Source: a virus. Taken from it: a stretch of DNA of 64,000 bases. Where the stretch lies: positions 60,184 through 124,183 of the IMG/VR virus record IMGVR_UViG_3300023184_003735. The stretch is one strand, 5' to 3'. Of this stretch, positions 44,285 through 53,600 are shown piece after piece (the first letter of the stretch is position 1; each line of letters opens with the position of its first letter). The position numbers and the translations under genes are program-made. The notes below the pieces were generated by a model. That model was not told where the DNA came from and did not search any database. It worked only from the letters and a program-made list of their open reading frames with translations.

Positions 44285-44467
44285 TTAGTCCATCAAACTG
44301 TAAAGTTTTTCTTCCCAGTAAAATTCATAACTTTGGCACTGTTCAGCAACCTTGCCCACAAGGCTTGCACGTTGTAGATATGTACGACTGGTCTTTGCCG
44401 CCTCCAGTTTGGCAATCAGCGCATCGATGTCTGCATTCATACGCTCGTCAAGTGGTGATAGTCTCAT
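44285..44467 (-). CDS. Hypothetical protein
   Basis: SD AAGGA, 60 aa. Confidence 0.6.
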   Translation of the reverse strand: MRLSPLDERMNADIDALIAKLEAAKTSRTYLQRASLVGKVAEQCQSYEFYWEEKLYSLMD

Positions 44468-44476
44468 ACAATTTCC

Positions 44477-44824
44477 TTAGTCTAAACGGCTACCAGCGTA
44501 GGCAGTAAAGCCGTATTGCTTGAAAACATCAGCCGCCGCTTGGGCACCTGCCTCTAGTGTGTCTACGTTCTGTACATACATGTCTGCTGGATTCCAAATT
44601 TGGAAAGCACCTGTGTGACTTTTCTTGACGCCGGCTTCTTTGAGGGCCCGGCCAAGTTTTGTATTACCTCGAACACCAAAAATGTCAACCCAAGCAAAGC
44701 CACAAGCATACTGATCTCGTCCTTGCAATTTATCTTGAAAGAACTGTTCAGCGGCCGCTCTGGCGGCTGACTTGGCTTCGGCTACGATTGTGTCTACTGA
44801 TACACCATTAACTGTAACTGTCAT
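44477..44824 (-). CDS. Hypothetical phage protein
   Basis: SD AAGGAG; ACGFAWV...YAGSRLD. Confidence 0.75.
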   Translation of the reverse strand: MTVTVNGVSVDTIVAEAKSAARAAAEQFFQDKLQGRDQYACGFAWVDIFGVRGNTKLGRALKEAGVKKSHTGAFQIWNPADMYVQNVDTLEAGAQAAADVFKQYGFTAYAGSRLD

Positions 44825-44840
44825 ATTAGACTCCTTAAAA

Positions 44841-45011
44841 TTAAATTTCGACTTCGTCTGCTTCGCGGATGACTACTTCGCCATCAGCATCCAACTCTAC
44901 ACACGGATGACTAAATCCGTCATAAGTCTCGTAACTGCCACGCAAGATCACACCAGCATCTTGTGGCATGGCTTGCAATTGGCGTATCAAATCTGCTACT
45001 GTTGTTCTCAT
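44841..45011 (-). CDS. Small acidic protein (56 aa, MRTTVADLIRQLQAMPQDA...)
   Basis: Not in ORF track; SD AAGGAG, promoter at 45042-45070. Confidence 0.65.
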   Translation of the reverse strand: MRTTVADLIRQLQAMPQDAGVILRGSYETYDGFSHPCVELDADGEVVIREADEVEI

Positions 45012-45041
45012 ATTTGGCTCCTTTTTAGTTTCTATACAAGT

Positions 45042-45070
45042 ATTATAGCAAATCGGTAATTATTGGTCAA
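45042..45070 (-). promoter_or_regulatory. sigma70-like promoter TTGACC-N17-TATAAT
   Basis: Repeated motif. Confidence 0.75.
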
Positions 45071-45407
45071 CCGTTTTAGCACGTACATCTGTGTTCAAAT
45101 TAGGTGCGTACTTTCGTATTAATTCGCGCTCGAATGTGTGTGCTTGAGTTTTACCGCGCAAGACTGCTAGTACGCCAACAGAGAAACTGCCTACGCCGCG
45201 CTCGCGCATGGTCTCGTAAAGCAACCACGACTTGTCTTCGCTTCGTGCTCGGTACAAGTGCTTCCGGCATCGTGTCATCACGCTCTTTTTTATTGTGCCT
45301 GCAGTCTTAGCAGTAACGCCAATATAAAAGTCTTCACCGCTAGTGAGCATGTACACGATGTGTGTACGATCTGTGCGTTTTTTACGTGATTGCTTTTTAA
45401 GTTCCAT
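45060..45407 (-). CDS. GIY-YIG nuclease-like protein, probably leaderless
   Basis: IVYML..FYIGVT...AHTFERELI..PNLN; ATG 6 nt after -10 box. Confidence 0.75.
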   Translation of the reverse strand: MELKKQSRKKRTDRTHIVYMLTSGEDFYIGVTAKTAGTIKKSVMTRCRKHLYRARSEDKSWLLYETMRERGVGSFSVGVLAVLRGKTQAHTFERELIRKYAPNLNTDVRAKTVDQ

Positions 45408-45413
45408 ACAAGT

Positions 45414-45442
45414 ATTATAGCAAAAGAGCATTATTTGGTCAA
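45414..45442 (-). promoter_or_regulatory. sigma70-like promoter TTGACC-N17-TATAAT
   Basis: Repeated motif. Confidence 0.75.
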
Positions 45443-45541
45443 CCAAAATTGTGTGTTGTATTTCTGCAACAAAAAAGTAGTACTTTTTGTTGCATTTTTT
45501 GAGTTTCTAAAAACTAGTACTTTTCTGCTATAAGTATTACA

Positions 45542-46588
45542 ATGACAACAGATGAACCGGGTGTGATACACAGTGGAGAAATTTGGCTCAAGAGCCAGTG
45601 CTTAACAAAAGAAGAACAATTGATCGAATCTATTTCAGCATGCCTGCAACAGCACAATTATCAAAAAATCACAATTGTCACTTATACCAAATCAGTTTGG
45701 CAACGCAAAGACCAGAAGATTGTGATCAGTTTGGTTGATGATCTCTGGGACTGTGCTGCCGATCGATCTCTTGATACACCATACCTGTTTGATTCAAATA
45801 CCACAGTCATAACCGACAATCATTTGAATTGTCCCAGCGTGTATCGTATGCGACCAACACCACTTAGTTTTTATGGGATTTATTCTTACGTGCCCAGCAA
45901 TCAAAGTTGGTGTCCTGATCGTGATTATACTTTTGCTGTAAATCGTTTAGATTACAAACGCATGGATATGTTGTTGCAATTGCATCGAACTTTGGGACTT
46001 GACACAGGCTACGTCAATTTCAATTGCAATATTGGCGGAAAACATGTTGCATCCGAACAGGCGCGACGCCAAGCATTTTTGGATCAGGCACTAACTCACG
46101 CTGGCACCGCAGCCGAACAAGATGCGTTTGTTAATCTGGCCCACTTGGTTCCTATAAAAAATCACACACTCGAACATGATCAAATGTACACACTTGGTTG
46201 GTTGAATATCATAGTTGAAACTTACAGCAGTGACAATGTGATTAGTTTTAGCGAGAAAATATTTAGATGTTTGGTAACTCCAGTACCTTGGGTCATGTAT
46301 GCCGGAAGATATGCCATTGCTAAACTGCGCGAATTGGGATTTGATGTCATGGACGACTTGGTGGATCACAGTTATGATTGTTTGATGGAAGCCCAACACA
46401 AAATGTCATATTTTGCAACGTCGGCACAAAAAACTATTGCAACTTTAAAAACACAGGATTGGGAACAGATAAAATCACGTGCTCAAGTGGCAGCATTTCA
46501 CAATCAAACATTATTATCTGACCTCTCTCGTATATGGTACGAAAATCAGTCAGCATGGTTGCAACAATTGAGTCGGGACATCAGGTAA
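45542..46588 (+). CDS. Glycosyltransferase-like protein ('TEK' family)
   Basis: IVETY..FSEKIFRCL..LRELGFDVMDDLVDHSYD. Confidence 0.55.
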   Translation: MTTDEPGVIHSGEIWLKSQCLTKEEQLIESISACLQQHNYQKITIVTYTKSVWQRKDQKIVISLVDDLWDCAADRSLDTPYLFDSNTTVITDNHLNCPSVYRMRPTPLSFYGIYSYVPSNQSWCPDRDYTFAVNRLDYKRMDMLLQLHRTLGLDTGYVNFNCNIGGKHVASEQARRQAFLDQALTHAGTAAEQDAFVNLAHLVPIKNHTLEHDQMYTLGWLNIIVETYSSDNVISFSEKIFRCLVTPVPWVMYAGRYAIAKLRELGFDVMDDLVDHSYDCLMEAQHKMSYFATSAQKTIATLKTQDWEQIKSRAQVAAFHNQTLLSDLSRIWYENQSAWLQQLSRDIR

Positions 46589-48069
46589 TGTGCGGCATAC
46601 TGTTTGTTGAGAGTCGTAACAATATACCACTTGAAAAGCATTTAGAGGCATTGGAGATATTAAAAAGTCGTGGACCCGACTTCACACGTTACAAGCATCG
46701 TGGTGGATTATTCGTGGCACAAACAGTACTACACATTACAGGCAAAGCAGACTTTTACAACAGAACCAGCACAGATTTCTTTGCTTACAATGGTGAGATA
46801 TATGACTTTCGTTGGCACGGAGGTTATAGTAATGATGTCGAACTAGTGTACCAAGCCGCCAGGCGAGACCATAGATTATTCCGATACTTTGAAGGTCCTT
46901 GGGCTTGGGTGTATACTGACTTTACGACCACTACATATGCTAGCGATCCGCAAGGTGAACATTACCTGTATCGCTATCAAGATGATGATATTGTAATTGT
47001 GTGCAGTGAAGTGGCACCTATACTGTGTTATATTGATGCAGTCAAAATACCGGTGCCTTACCTCAACAAGTGTTGGACCTTGCAACACGAAACACCCTGG
47101 GCAGGCATTGAACGCCTTGAGCCTGGTAGATTGTATAGTAATCACGTGGCCGCCAATAGTCTAGACAACATTTGGAGTTGGGTCAATCCCAGGAGCAATT
47201 TGACATTTGACGAAGCCTATCAAGAGTTTGATGCGGTGTGGGATCGAGCCATGCGTATCACTCGACCTGATTGTGCTACTGCTCTCAGTTATTCAGGCGG
47301 ACTAGACAGCAGTATTATCTTGCGTGATCTAAATCCCTCACAATTAATAGTTACCAACATGACCGGTAAAGATCCCATAGTCGATCGTATTGGAGAATTT
47401 TTGTCGCCGGCACAGTTACAACGACTAACTGAAATTGATGTGGACTATGAACAGTATGCTCAAGAATATCTAGCACTCATGCGGCGTACTAGAATGCCTG
47501 TTCAAAGTTGGAGTTACGTGGGTAAATGGATTGTGGCCCAGGCCTGTCGCGCACGAGTTCTGTTTTCTGGCCAGGCTGCTGACGAGTTGTTTGGTGGCTA
47601 TGATGTGTATCGAACTATAGACTATACTACTGAACATTCTACTAGCCCATACAGTTTAAATATTGATCCTGCGGTATGGCAACAATGTTTGGAAGTGTAT
47701 AACCGCGATCCACGTCAGGCCACATTGTTGGCCGACTACTGGTGTCAGATAGTTGGATCAGATGGCCCGGGCAGTGACCGCATAGGTGGAGCACATGGCA
47801 TAGAAACACGCAATCCATTCCAACTCAAAAGTGTTATGACATTTGCTCTAAACCTGCCTTGGGAGTTTAAAGTCAATACTGTAGGCAAACCTTTGATAAG
47901 AAAAAAGTTTCTAGAAAAATGGCCCGAACACATGATATTGCCCAAGATGGGCTTTGCTGGACATGCTAATGACTCACTGCCTTGGTTGGATGTGAGTATT
48001 GATGCAACTGGTGACCGTCATCGTGATTGGCAACAGATAGCACAAAAAACTTTTTACAAACACGGTTGA
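46588..48069 (+). CDS. Asparagine synthetase-like glutamine amidotransferase
   Basis: MCGI N-terminus (start 46588), RGPD, NGEIY, YSGGLDSS, GQAADELFGGY, ETRNPF. Confidence 0.88.
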   Translation: MCGILFVESRNNIPLEKHLEALEILKSRGPDFTRYKHRGGLFVAQTVLHITGKADFYNRTSTDFFAYNGEIYDFRWHGGYSNDVELVYQAARRDHRLFRYFEGPWAWVYTDFTTTTYASDPQGEHYLYRYQDDDIVIVCSEVAPILCYIDAVKIPVPYLNKCWTLQHETPWAGIERLEPGRLYSNHVAANSLDNIWSWVNPRSNLTFDEAYQEFDAVWDRAMRITRPDCATALSYSGGLDSSIILRDLNPSQLIVTNMTGKDPIVDRIGEFLSPAQLQRLTEIDVDYEQYAQEYLALMRRTRMPVQSWSYVGKWIVAQACRARVLFSGQAADELFGGYDVYRTIDYTTEHSTSPYSLNIDPAVWQQCLEVYNRDPRQATLLADYWCQIVGSDGPGSDRIGGAHGIETRNPFQLKSVMTFALNLPWEFKVNTVGKPLIRKKFLEKWPEHMILPKMGFAGHANDSLPWLDVSIDATGDRHRDWQQIAQKTFYKHG

Positions 48070-48758
48070 TATTGTGTCCAATCAATCACTTGATCAAACC
48101 ACTCGGGAGTGAATTCAACTTCTGGATGTGCAGCCAGGTACTGGGTCATCATACCAACTGCTTCATCTTCATCTGGTGTAACTGATCGTGTGCGTGAACT
48201 GTTATATTCATACCAATCTATGCCGTACGGTGAATCAGGTCCAGTTAACCTAAATAAAAATTCTTGTCCCAGTTCAGCGTTGCACAAGGCAGCAAATTGA
48301 TCAAACGACTCCACCAGTTCGAGATCATGGTATAAGTGCGCACGACTTGAGTGAGTTGAAATAAACGCTGGCACTGTGCGTATCTCAGGTATGCGTTCGA
48401 GACAGCGCAATCTTGAATCACCATTGCTGGCCTGGAAAGAACCATTACCTAGATCTTGTATCAACCAAGGCTTTACTATGCCCTGTCTGCGTATATCGTG
48501 TATCCACATATTGAGTTTGACCAAGTTGGCAATGTCATAAAAACATTCAGGACTGGTTAAAAATGCATGGGCACCTTGTACTAGTAGACCGTAATTGGCC
48601 CAGGCACATAAGTCTGCTAGACGTTGCGTGGTTGATAAGTGGTCAAATTTGGATTGAGGATTCCAAAATAAACAATGCTGACCACCATGTGTGGCCTTAA
48701 ATATTATATCGCTTGCGGCAGGATATTGAACTTGTTCTAAGGGATTATTCCAATACAT
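48054..48758 (-). CDS. Hypothetical protein (ParB-like motif GIVKPW..NGDSRL)
   Basis: ORF antisense within + strand island. Confidence 0.65.
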   Translation of the reverse strand: MYWNNPLEQVQYPAASDIIFKATHGGQHCLFWNPQSKFDHLSTTQRLADLCAWANYGLLVQGAHAFLTSPECFYDIANLVKLNMWIHDIRRQGIVKPWLIQDLGNGSFQASNGDSRLRCLERIPEIRTVPAFISTHSSRAHLYHDLELVESFDQFAALCNAELGQEFLFRLTGPDSPYGIDWYEYNSSRTRSVTPDEDEAVGMMTQYLAAHPEVEFTPEWFDQVIDWTQYQPCL

Positions 48759-48769
48759 ACCATACTTAT

Positions 48770-49822
48770 ATGATAGAAATACTAGGCCCAACATATCGCT
48801 ATCGTGGTGAAATTCTAGATCAACCAGAAATAATTTTGATCAGAGATCATCATTATGATGATATTGATCATTGTTTTCATGTAAAAAAACTACTAGACCA
48901 CAGTACTTGTGACCCCAGGCAACATCTCTTAGTGTCAGATTCTGTACTCCACAGTGACGAAATACATCCTTATAAACTTCTATGCCTGCCTATATACATG
49001 GCACAACAATCTGATCAATTCGTACTAAAAAATATCCAACCCAACTGGGACAATAAAGTTGTCGCTTTTAATTTCATGATCAATAAACCAAGACCCAATC
49101 GAGAATTTTTGTTGTTGCTAATAAAACACTTTGGGTTGAATGACTATACCTATTCTCTTTGTTGGAAAAATACAAAAATCAAAAAAGCACATTTATTGTC
49201 CAATGTTCAGTCTGATTTTTATAAGAAAATTATAGAAAATACTCAGACTGATATTCCTGAAAAAACGTATACATTTGGACATGAAGTTTTTTTAGATCAA
49301 GGACTACACTCCGGACATATTACTAACTCTGAAAATTACACTAAACTATTGCAAACTACAGTATTTGAACCCAGTTGTATTAGTCTAATAACCGAGCCAA
49401 CTTTTTACGAACGCGAAACATTTATAACTGAAAAAACCATCATGGCCATGTATGGTGGTACCCTGCCAATTTGGGCAGGAGGATGGGGTATACCTGATAG
49501 CATGCGTCAATTGGGATTTGATGTATTTGATGACATAGTGGACCACAGTTATGAATACATGGAGGATCCTTGGGACCGCGTATATCATGCTGTGGAGAAA
49601 AATTTACACTTACTTAAAAACATCAATATTACACAAGAATTTATAAAAACCAATCATGATAGGCTTCAACACAATGTGGATCTAATCAACAACAATGTTT
49701 TTCAAAAACATATAACTAATAAAATTGCAAAATATAATCCTGTTACTCAAAAACTTCTTGAGTCAATAATGCAAGGGCAAGGTTTCCAAAATCAACTGCC
49801 CAGCAACTATAAATTATGGTGA
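48770..49822 (+). CDS. Glycosyltransferase-like 'TEK' family, tandem copy 1
   Basis: MIEILGPTYRY start; ITEP..ITEKTIMAMYGG..LGFDVFDDIVDHSY. Confidence 0.6.
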   Translation: MIEILGPTYRYRGEILDQPEIILIRDHHYDDIDHCFHVKKLLDHSTCDPRQHLLVSDSVLHSDEIHPYKLLCLPIYMAQQSDQFVLKNIQPNWDNKVVAFNFMINKPRPNREFLLLLIKHFGLNDYTYSLCWKNTKIKKAHLLSNVQSDFYKKIIENTQTDIPEKTYTFGHEVFLDQGLHSGHITNSENYTKLLQTTVFEPSCISLITEPTFYERETFITEKTIMAMYGGTLPIWAGGWGIPDSMRQLGFDVFDDIVDHSYEYMEDPWDRVYHAVEKNLHLLKNINITQEFIKTNHDRLQHNVDLINNNVFQKHITNKIAKYNPVTQKLLESIMQGQGFQNQLPSNYKLW

Positions 49823-49826
49823 ACAC

Positions 49827-50873
49827 ATGATAGAAATATCAGGCCCGACATATCGTTACAGTGGTGAAATTTTAGACCGCCCAGAAATTATTTTTGTAAG
49901 TGATCATCATTATGATGATGATAACAATTGTTTTCATGTAAAAACTTTATTGGATAATAGCACCTGTGACCCCCAACAACATTTTTTGGTATTCAGTCAC
50001 ATGGCACATGAAGATCAACTGCAAGATTTCAATCATGTGAGTTTACCTATAGGACTAGTTGCACAAGTTGAACAATTTAAACAGCAAAATATTCAATCCA
50101 ATTGGAATAATAAGACTGCCGCATTTAACTTCATGATCAATAAGCCAAGGCCCAACCGAGAGTTTTTATTGCTGTTGATCAAGCACTTTGGATTAGATAA
50201 CTATACCTATTCTCTTTGTTGGAAAACTACCAATCTCAAAAGAGATCACATGATTAGAAATACTGTGTCTGATGTTTATCAAAAAATTATACATGACACT
50301 CCAATCGACATTCCTGAAAAAACCTACACATTCGGTCATGAAGTTTTTATGGAGCACGGTCTCAAATCTGGACACGTAAACAATGCCAAAAACTATGTGG
50401 GTTTGTTACAAACCACTGTGTTTGAACCCAGTTATGTTAGTTTGATTACTGAACCCAGTTTTTATGAACGCGAAACTTTTATGACTGAAAAAACTATCAT
50501 GGCCCTATATGGCGGTACCCTGCCAATCTGGATAGGAGGATGGGGCATACCTGATAGCATGCGTCAATTGGGATTTGATGTATTTGATGACATCGTTGAT
50601 CATGGTTATCAACACCTGGCAGATCCTTGGGATAGAGCATATTGGGCTATAGAGAAAAATTTGCATTTGCTCAAAGACACCAAGATCACACAAGAATTTA
50701 TAAAAAACAATTATGCCAGACTACAGCGCAATGTGGATCTAATCAACAACAATGTTTTTCAAAAACATATGATTGAAAAAATCAATCAATATCGCGGATC
50801 TTTATATAACCTACTAAACACATTAACACAAGGGCTCAAGTATCGACAATCCGGTGATTATAAATTATGGTGA
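49827..50873 (+). CDS. Glycosyltransferase-like 'TEK' family, tandem copy 2
   Basis: Colinear paralog of copy 1. Confidence 0.6.
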   Translation: MIEISGPTYRYSGEILDRPEIIFVSDHHYDDDNNCFHVKTLLDNSTCDPQQHFLVFSHMAHEDQLQDFNHVSLPIGLVAQVEQFKQQNIQSNWNNKTAAFNFMINKPRPNREFLLLLIKHFGLDNYTYSLCWKTTNLKRDHMIRNTVSDVYQKIIHDTPIDIPEKTYTFGHEVFMEHGLKSGHVNNAKNYVGLLQTTVFEPSYVSLITEPSFYERETFMTEKTIMALYGGTLPIWIGGWGIPDSMRQLGFDVFDDIVDHGYQHLADPWDRAYWAIEKNLHLLKDTKITQEFIKNNYARLQRNVDLINNNVFQKHMIEKINQYRGSLYNLLNTLTQGLKYRQSGDYKLW

Positions 50874-50877
50874 ACAT

Positions 50878-51966
50878 ATGATTGATATTTTTGGCCCAAC
50901 ATATCGTTACCGTGGCGAAACTTTAACCAAACCAGAAATTATTTTCGTAAACGATCATCACTACGACGTTGACCTCAGTACTTTTCATATAAAAAATTTG
51001 CTGGAACACAGCACCTGTGACCACCAGCAACATCTCTTGGTATTTGACCACATGGCACATGAAGATCAACTGCAACATTTCAATCATGTGAGTTTGCCTG
51101 TATTTTTGGCCGCATCTGCAGAAGAATTTGCACAACAAAATATCCAACCCAATTGGAACAACAAAACCACTCGTTTCAACTTCATGATCAACAAACCACG
51201 GCACAACCGAGAGTTTTTGTTGCTGTTGATCAAGCACTTTGAACTTGTTGATTATTCTTATTCGTTATGTTGGAAAACTACCAATCTCAAAAGAAACCAC
51301 ATGATTGGAAACACACAATCTGAACGGTACAAAAAGATCATACGTGACACTCCAATAGACATACCTGAAAAAATATACACATTTGGGCACGAAGTCTTTA
51401 TGGATCATGGTCTACGTTATGGTCATGTTAAAAACTCTGAAAACTATGCTGGATTACTTCAGTCCACGGTATTTGAACCCAGTTGTGTTAGTTTGATTAC
51501 TGAACCCAGTTTTTATGAACGCGAAACTTTACAAACAGAAAAAACTATCATGGCCATGTATGGTGGTACTTTGCCCATCTGGATTGGTGGCTGGCGCATA
51601 CCCCAAAGCCTAAGACAATTAGGCTTCGATGTATTTGATGACATAGTGGACCACAGTTACGAAACGCTTGCAGATCCCTGGGATCGTGCCTACTATGCTG
51701 TGGAGAAGAATTTAAATCTCTTACGCGACCCTGATCTAGCAAAAGATTTTATAGCCACCAACCATGCTAGACTACAACATAATATTGATCTGCTAGAACA
51801 AAATGTATTTTTGAAATATTGCATTCAAAAGATTAACACGTATGATTCAAACACAAGATTAGTATTGATTAAAATCATGCAAGAATACAATAGTCACAGT
51901 ATTCATCATGTGAGTTTGCCTCAGATTGATTTAGGTTCGATCCAGGTAACCCAAAAACTTTTCTAA
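50878..51966 (+). CDS. Glycosyltransferase-like 'TEK' family, tandem copy 3
   Basis: Colinear paralog; start MIDIFGPTYRY. Confidence 0.6.
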   Translation: MIDIFGPTYRYRGETLTKPEIIFVNDHHYDVDLSTFHIKNLLEHSTCDHQQHLLVFDHMAHEDQLQHFNHVSLPVFLAASAEEFAQQNIQPNWNNKTTRFNFMINKPRHNREFLLLLIKHFELVDYSYSLCWKTTNLKRNHMIGNTQSERYKKIIRDTPIDIPEKIYTFGHEVFMDHGLRYGHVKNSENYAGLLQSTVFEPSCVSLITEPSFYERETLQTEKTIMAMYGGTLPIWIGGWRIPQSLRQLGFDVFDDIVDHSYETLADPWDRAYYAVEKNLNLLRDPDLAKDFIATNHARLQHNIDLLEQNVFLKYCIQKINTYDSNTRLVLIKIMQEYNSHSIHHVSLPQIDLGSIQVTQKLF

Positions 51967-52281
51967 GTCTCCATACATGGCATACATGGTTGCTTCTCGG
52001 CTGTCAAAAAAACACAGCATTGGTTTCTTTCCTAGTTTGATATAGTAAGGAGAGGTGAGTTTGCGATCTAATGCCAGCAGGATCCTGGCTATAGCCTGTA
52101 TGGCTGTTGGGGTTTCATAGTCCCAATGTTCAATTTTGCATTGTTTAAATGCATCAAAGCCCACATGAGTTAATCTCCAACCGCCATTGGGATTTTGCCA
52201 CCAATCTCGCATGGCACCTTCCACAGTCCACAAATCAAACTGCGAGACTAATTTTTGTGTGAGTTGTAGTTTACTTGGCAT
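51931..52281 (-). CDS. Hypothetical protein
   Basis: GGWRLT..G, SPYYI pattern. Confidence 0.7.
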   Translation of the reverse strand: MPSKLQLTQKLVSQFDLWTVEGAMRDWWQNPNGGWRLTHVGFDAFKQCKIEHWDYETPTAIQAIARILLALDRKLTSPYYIKLGKKPMLCFFDSREATMYAMYGDLEKFLGYLDRT

Positions 52282-52567
52282 TGGGGTATACTTGCGCCCC
52301 CTGCGTCAAGAGCACGACTGTAAACTTGTCGGTCTTGAATTGTATGTTGAGTTTTTTGGCCAAGTTCTTGGCATGCCCAGGATTGGAGAATGAAACTTTT
52401 TTGTATTTGGGCCCTGGATATTGTGTGAGCATGTTAGATGTTTTGAGATTGATGGGTTTGGTGTCGTAGAATACTGCCCACACTCCTTCAGAGGCCAATA
52501 CTTGTTCGGTCTTGTAAGTTGCTTTATCAGTATGCTCGATTAGCACATTTGGCTTGGGTCTTGACAT
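52271..52567 (-). CDS. Hypothetical phage protein
   Basis: MSRPKP...PGPKYKKVSFSNPGHA; SD GGAG. Confidence 0.75.
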   Translation of the reverse strand: MSRPKPNVLIEHTDKATYKTEQVLASEGVWAVFYDTKPINLKTSNMLTQYPGPKYKKVSFSNPGHAKNLAKKLNIQFKTDKFTVVLLTQGAQVYPNAK

Positions 52568-52598
52568 CGTTATCTCCGTAGTTTATTTATCACAAAAA

Positions 52599-52814
52599 CT
52601 ACGTGGTTTTGAAACTGCCGCCACTCATTTCTACTGAGATTGTTTCTTCTCGGGGTTGAGCATTTCGGGTATGCAAGGTTTCTAGTGTCAGCAACAATTT
52701 TGTAATGTCACTATGCAGGTCCTTGGCTTCACGCATGGTCATGACAAAATCACGCTGACCGCGTGATTCGTGTGCCTTGATACTGTCAACAAAACGATTG
52801 ATGTGTAGACTCAT
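52599..52814 (-). CDS. Hypothetical protein
   Basis: ATGA overlap with upstream gene. Confidence 0.65.
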   Translation of the reverse strand: MSLHINRFVDSIKAHESRGQRDFVMTMREAKDLHSDITKLLLTLETLHTRNAQPREETISVEMSGGSFKTT

Positions 52815-53167
52815 GACACAAAAGGTTCTAGGTTGGGCGGCACCCATCCGGCCGGCTTGAGTACCTTGCCATCTTCACGTTTGCGAACCCGACCTGTTTG
52901 TTTGTCGATCTTGGCAAAGTTAGTGCTCATGACTTCTTTCCAAGCACCTTCAGCATCAGCACCTAGGCTATGTATGGCACCAATAGTCACAACAAGGATA
53001 TCAATTAGTGCATCAAGATCATCCACTTTGGTCTTGCTGGCCACCAATTCATCAAATTCTTCACTTATGAGATTACAATACAGTTGATATTGTGCTTCGT
53101 TGAACTCGCCCACTGTTTGTTCGCAGGCTCGCATGAATTTTTCTTGATCACGAAACGGATTTGTCAT
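52811..53167 (-). CDS. MazG-like / PRA-PH nucleotide pyrophosphohydrolase
   Basis: LISEEFDEL, DALIDILVV, EVMSTNFAK, REDGKVLKP. Confidence 0.82.
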   Translation of the reverse strand: MTNPFRDQEKFMRACEQTVGEFNEAQYQLYCNLISEEFDELVASKTKVDDLDALIDILVVTIGAIHSLGADAEGAWKEVMSTNFAKIDKQTGRVRKREDGKVLKPAGWVPPNLEPFVS

Positions 53168-53600
53168 TTGCTTCTTCTTTGCTGTTAAAAGGACCTTGGT
53201 AAGCATAACGCTCCAAGGTGATGAGTTTGGGGTGTTGTACCACTCGCCACTTACGATGTTGCTTGACTCGGTACCAGCCGGCGGCAAACCACGACTTGGA
53301 TTTGTCTTCTCTAGTGAATAGAGGTAACCGGTGTTTCACGTCCCATAGTGGGTTGAACACATCACCTTCAACTTCATGTCCATATACCACGTTTGGTGGT
53401 AGTGGAGTTGCAGTTTCAGCCGGCTCAAATTGGATATCAACTGCCTCTCGAGCCATCTTGATTGTTTTGTAACTTATTACACTATCAAGAATTTTTATAG
53501 TGCAGTTGCCGTTCTCTTTTAATTCGAGTTGGCCGATCTTGCGATCATCCTTCTTGAGAATCCAATATTGATTCTCTACTACCGGTTTGGCTAATATCAT
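53148..53600 (-). CDS. Hypothetical phage protein
   Basis: 150 aa in replication-type operon. Confidence 0.7.
   Translation of the reverse strand: MILAKPVVENQYWILKKDDRKIGQLELKENGNCTIKILDSVISYKTIKMAREAVDIQFEPAETATPLPPNVVYGHEVEGDVFNPLWDVKHRLPLFTREDKSKSWFAAGWYRVKQHRKWRVVQHPKLITLERYAYQGPFNSKEEANDKSVS

Noticed and set aside
46588-48069. Asn-synthetase-like gene as the missing QueC or Gat-QueC
   Set aside because: Has the AsnB layout (GQAADELFGGY, RNPF), lacks the QueC Cys zinc cluster and sits among glycan genes.
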